From NCBI RefSeq assembly GCF_018350175.1, contig NC_058368.1, positions 187,366,001 to 187,430,000 on the forward strand: a DNA stretch of 64,000 bases. Reading direction: 5' to 3'. Positions 61,797 to 64,000 of this stretch are shown here, in pieces. The number at the start of each line of letters is the position of its first letter. Position 1 is the stretch's first letter. Made by a program: the position numbers and the translations under genes. The stretch comes from Felis catus (Eukaryota). The notes beneath the pieces were generated by a model, which searched no databases, was not told where the DNA came from, and worked only from the letters and a program-made list of their open reading frames with translations.

Positions 61797-62294
61797 AATG
61801 GTAAGGTGTTGGCAAAATGGTCCCAATTGATTCCTGACAATCTATTCCCCTTTGCAATATGATCATAAAGCCCCCATCAAAAAATGGAGTCAATTTCTCC
61901 ATCTCAAGTCTGGGCTGGCCTTATTCCTTTCGTCAACCAATTGCAGTGCAAGCAAGCAATTTGTGCCAGTTCTGATTCTAGACCTGAAGCCTTTGCATGC
62001 TTCCTTTTGGAATCCCACTGAGCTGCCAGGTGAATGAGCCTAGGCTAACTGGCTGGAGGAGCACCCGCCTCCCTCGTGGAGGAGGACCCAAGTACCCAGG
62101 CCAATAAGCAGCCAAATCCCAGAATCCAAGCTACCTAGCTGTCCTGACACCTACCACAGACACAGGAGGGAGCCCAGTCAAGATCTGAAGAATGATCCAG
62201 TTGGCCAGTAGACTGGTAAGGAATAGCAGACAAATTGTTCTTCTAAACTACTTATTTTAGGGTGTTTTGTTATCCCACAAAGGAAACTGATACA
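61797..62294 (+). mobile_element. MLT1-type MaLR solo LTR
   Basis: tggagtcaatttctcc...tctgggctggcctt internal motif and 3' end ttttagggtgttttgttat...aactgataca. Confidence 0.7.
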
Positions 62295-64000
62295 GTAACT
62301 GATTGTTTACCTTAAATCTCTCTTCCATTGCATTTTCTCTGACTGGACCATGATTGATACAGGCAACTTGTTAAGAATGCAAGTCTCCCACTGAAACATC
62401 CCAGATCATTTTAATATGAGTGGTCTCAGACCATTCTTTGTCAAACACAGCTTTCAAGGAGATATAGGGATCATCCTGTCTATGCTCTCATCCTTCAGGC
62501 AGTTTAGAGTTAAGGGCAAAAACTCTAGGTAAAAACTCAGTCCGATTAAATATTTGCTAACCAATTCCAGTGTCCAAGAAACATCACAACACTGCCAAGG
62601 GTTCTTTTTTCCATAATTGTTACCTTCATTCCCTCAAGGTACAGTTCTCTCTTTCTTCTTATTTCTTTCTAAGAAGAAAAAAAAAAAGACAGTGGCTGAG
62701 AGATATGGGGTAAAACAATGTTTTACCTAAAGTAGGTTAAATAGTCCCAGCCAGATGGCCCCTTGGAATTAAAAAGATAAAAGCAAAGGCAAAAAACAAA
62801 CAAATCTCCTTAGTATCAGATTGGTTTTGGATAAATTAGATCTACTGGGTGACTTTCCACAAGTCATTAACCTCTCTGAACCTCAATTTTTTCCACTGTT
62901 AAATAAAGTCTATTGTGAGAAATAAATGAAACAAAGTTTATAAAAAGTTAATGCATTCAGATTTGGCTGTCTCTTCTCCAAGCTTGCTCTCTTAAAAAAA
63001 TTAAAAAACTGAATCTGGTATACATCCAAATCCCCAGATTCCAGTTTTATCAGAGCATCATGAACAAACTCTCCCATAGTGATGGTTGAAAAGCACCCAT
63101 ACCTATGACAACTGATGTGGAGGACCAATGCAGAAGCCAACCACCTGCCCCTGTCCTATGAGGAGAAAATGCCCCAAAGAACTCCTGTCTGAAGGGAGGA
63201 ACCCAAAGAGGCAGATTCTTTTGAGTTTACCTAAGCAACAAGAATAAGGTTTAATACAAATTAATATATTTTGTATATACATCACACATGTGTGTGATGG
63301 GAGATTACTTCATCACACACTCCACAGAAGCCACTTCTAATTTCCCTCATTAAATCTCCCTGCCCTCTCAAAGTCCCTCCCAGGCTGTACTTAGGGCAGG
63401 CAAGGGGCAAGTCAAGGAGAAGGCAAAGAGCGGGACCAAGGAAGAATATGGAGCTTCTCCTCCCTTCCCGTACCTCATGTTCAGGCTTATTGTATCCTGC
63501 CTCCCTCCAAAATACTCTTTTACTATTCAGGGCAAGTAGGTGACAATTTTTTGTTACTTAGGGTTTTTATTTATTGTTTTTCAGGATTCATACCCCGCCC
63601 CCAACCAAAGCATTTATTTTTAGCCAACAAAATACACTCCCTAAGAGAATGGAGTGGTCTCCAATGATGTGTGTATGTGCGTACAGTATCTTATAGTCAA
63701 AATCCCATAAACGCAATTAGGACTGTACCTATATACACAGGTAATATGAATATATAGTCATTAATCTCATTTACTCTATCACAAACACCTTTGCTTTTAC
63801 ATTTTCAAGGCTGGAAGGGGTCTCACTATGTATGAATTTAAATAATTCATTGTTGGACACCTAGGATATCCAATGTCCTCTAGTGTTGAATAACCAGGTT
63901 TTCAACACTATAAATTAAGGAAAAATATTCTCGTACCATCTTTCTCATTTGCCCAATTATTGCCTTGGGATACAGTCTTAAAGACAAATAGCAGAATAAA

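Noticed and set aside
55018..64000. miR-146a / miR-3142, which lie downstream of ATP10B in human
   Set aside because: I could not find the mature miR-146a sequence on either strand. The locus probably lies beyond the window.

Overview
Mammalian genomic DNA. The SINE and L1 types (SINEC_Fc-like, L1_Fc-like) point to a feliform carnivore, probably a felid. The first ~17 kb hold the last three coding exons (232-336, 9413-9600, 14480-14717) and the 3' UTR of the P4-ATPase lipid flippase gene ATP10B on the + strand. The terminal exon stops early (TGA 14715-14717), and the ancestral ~73-codon C-terminal tail survives as a decayed reading frame in the 3' UTR. The rest is intergenic. About 26.3-55.0 kb is one nested stack of LINE-1 insertions, four levels deep, that can be ordered by target-site duplications (TSDs). 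It contains a full-length antisense L1 carrying an ~860 bp 3' transduction with ancient repeats, a probable recombinant L1, a 61-bp inverted duplication, a perfect 141-bp tandem duplication and a templated repair-like insertion. A second 3' transduction lies in the ATP10B intron. No intact L1 ORF, RNA gene, CRISPR array or new multi-gene system is supported. The notable content is the truncated ATP10B tail and the retrotransposition history. Repeat subfamily names and the human ATP10B comparison come from recalled sequences and need confirming by RepeatMasker or alignment. Boundaries of old repeats are approximate.
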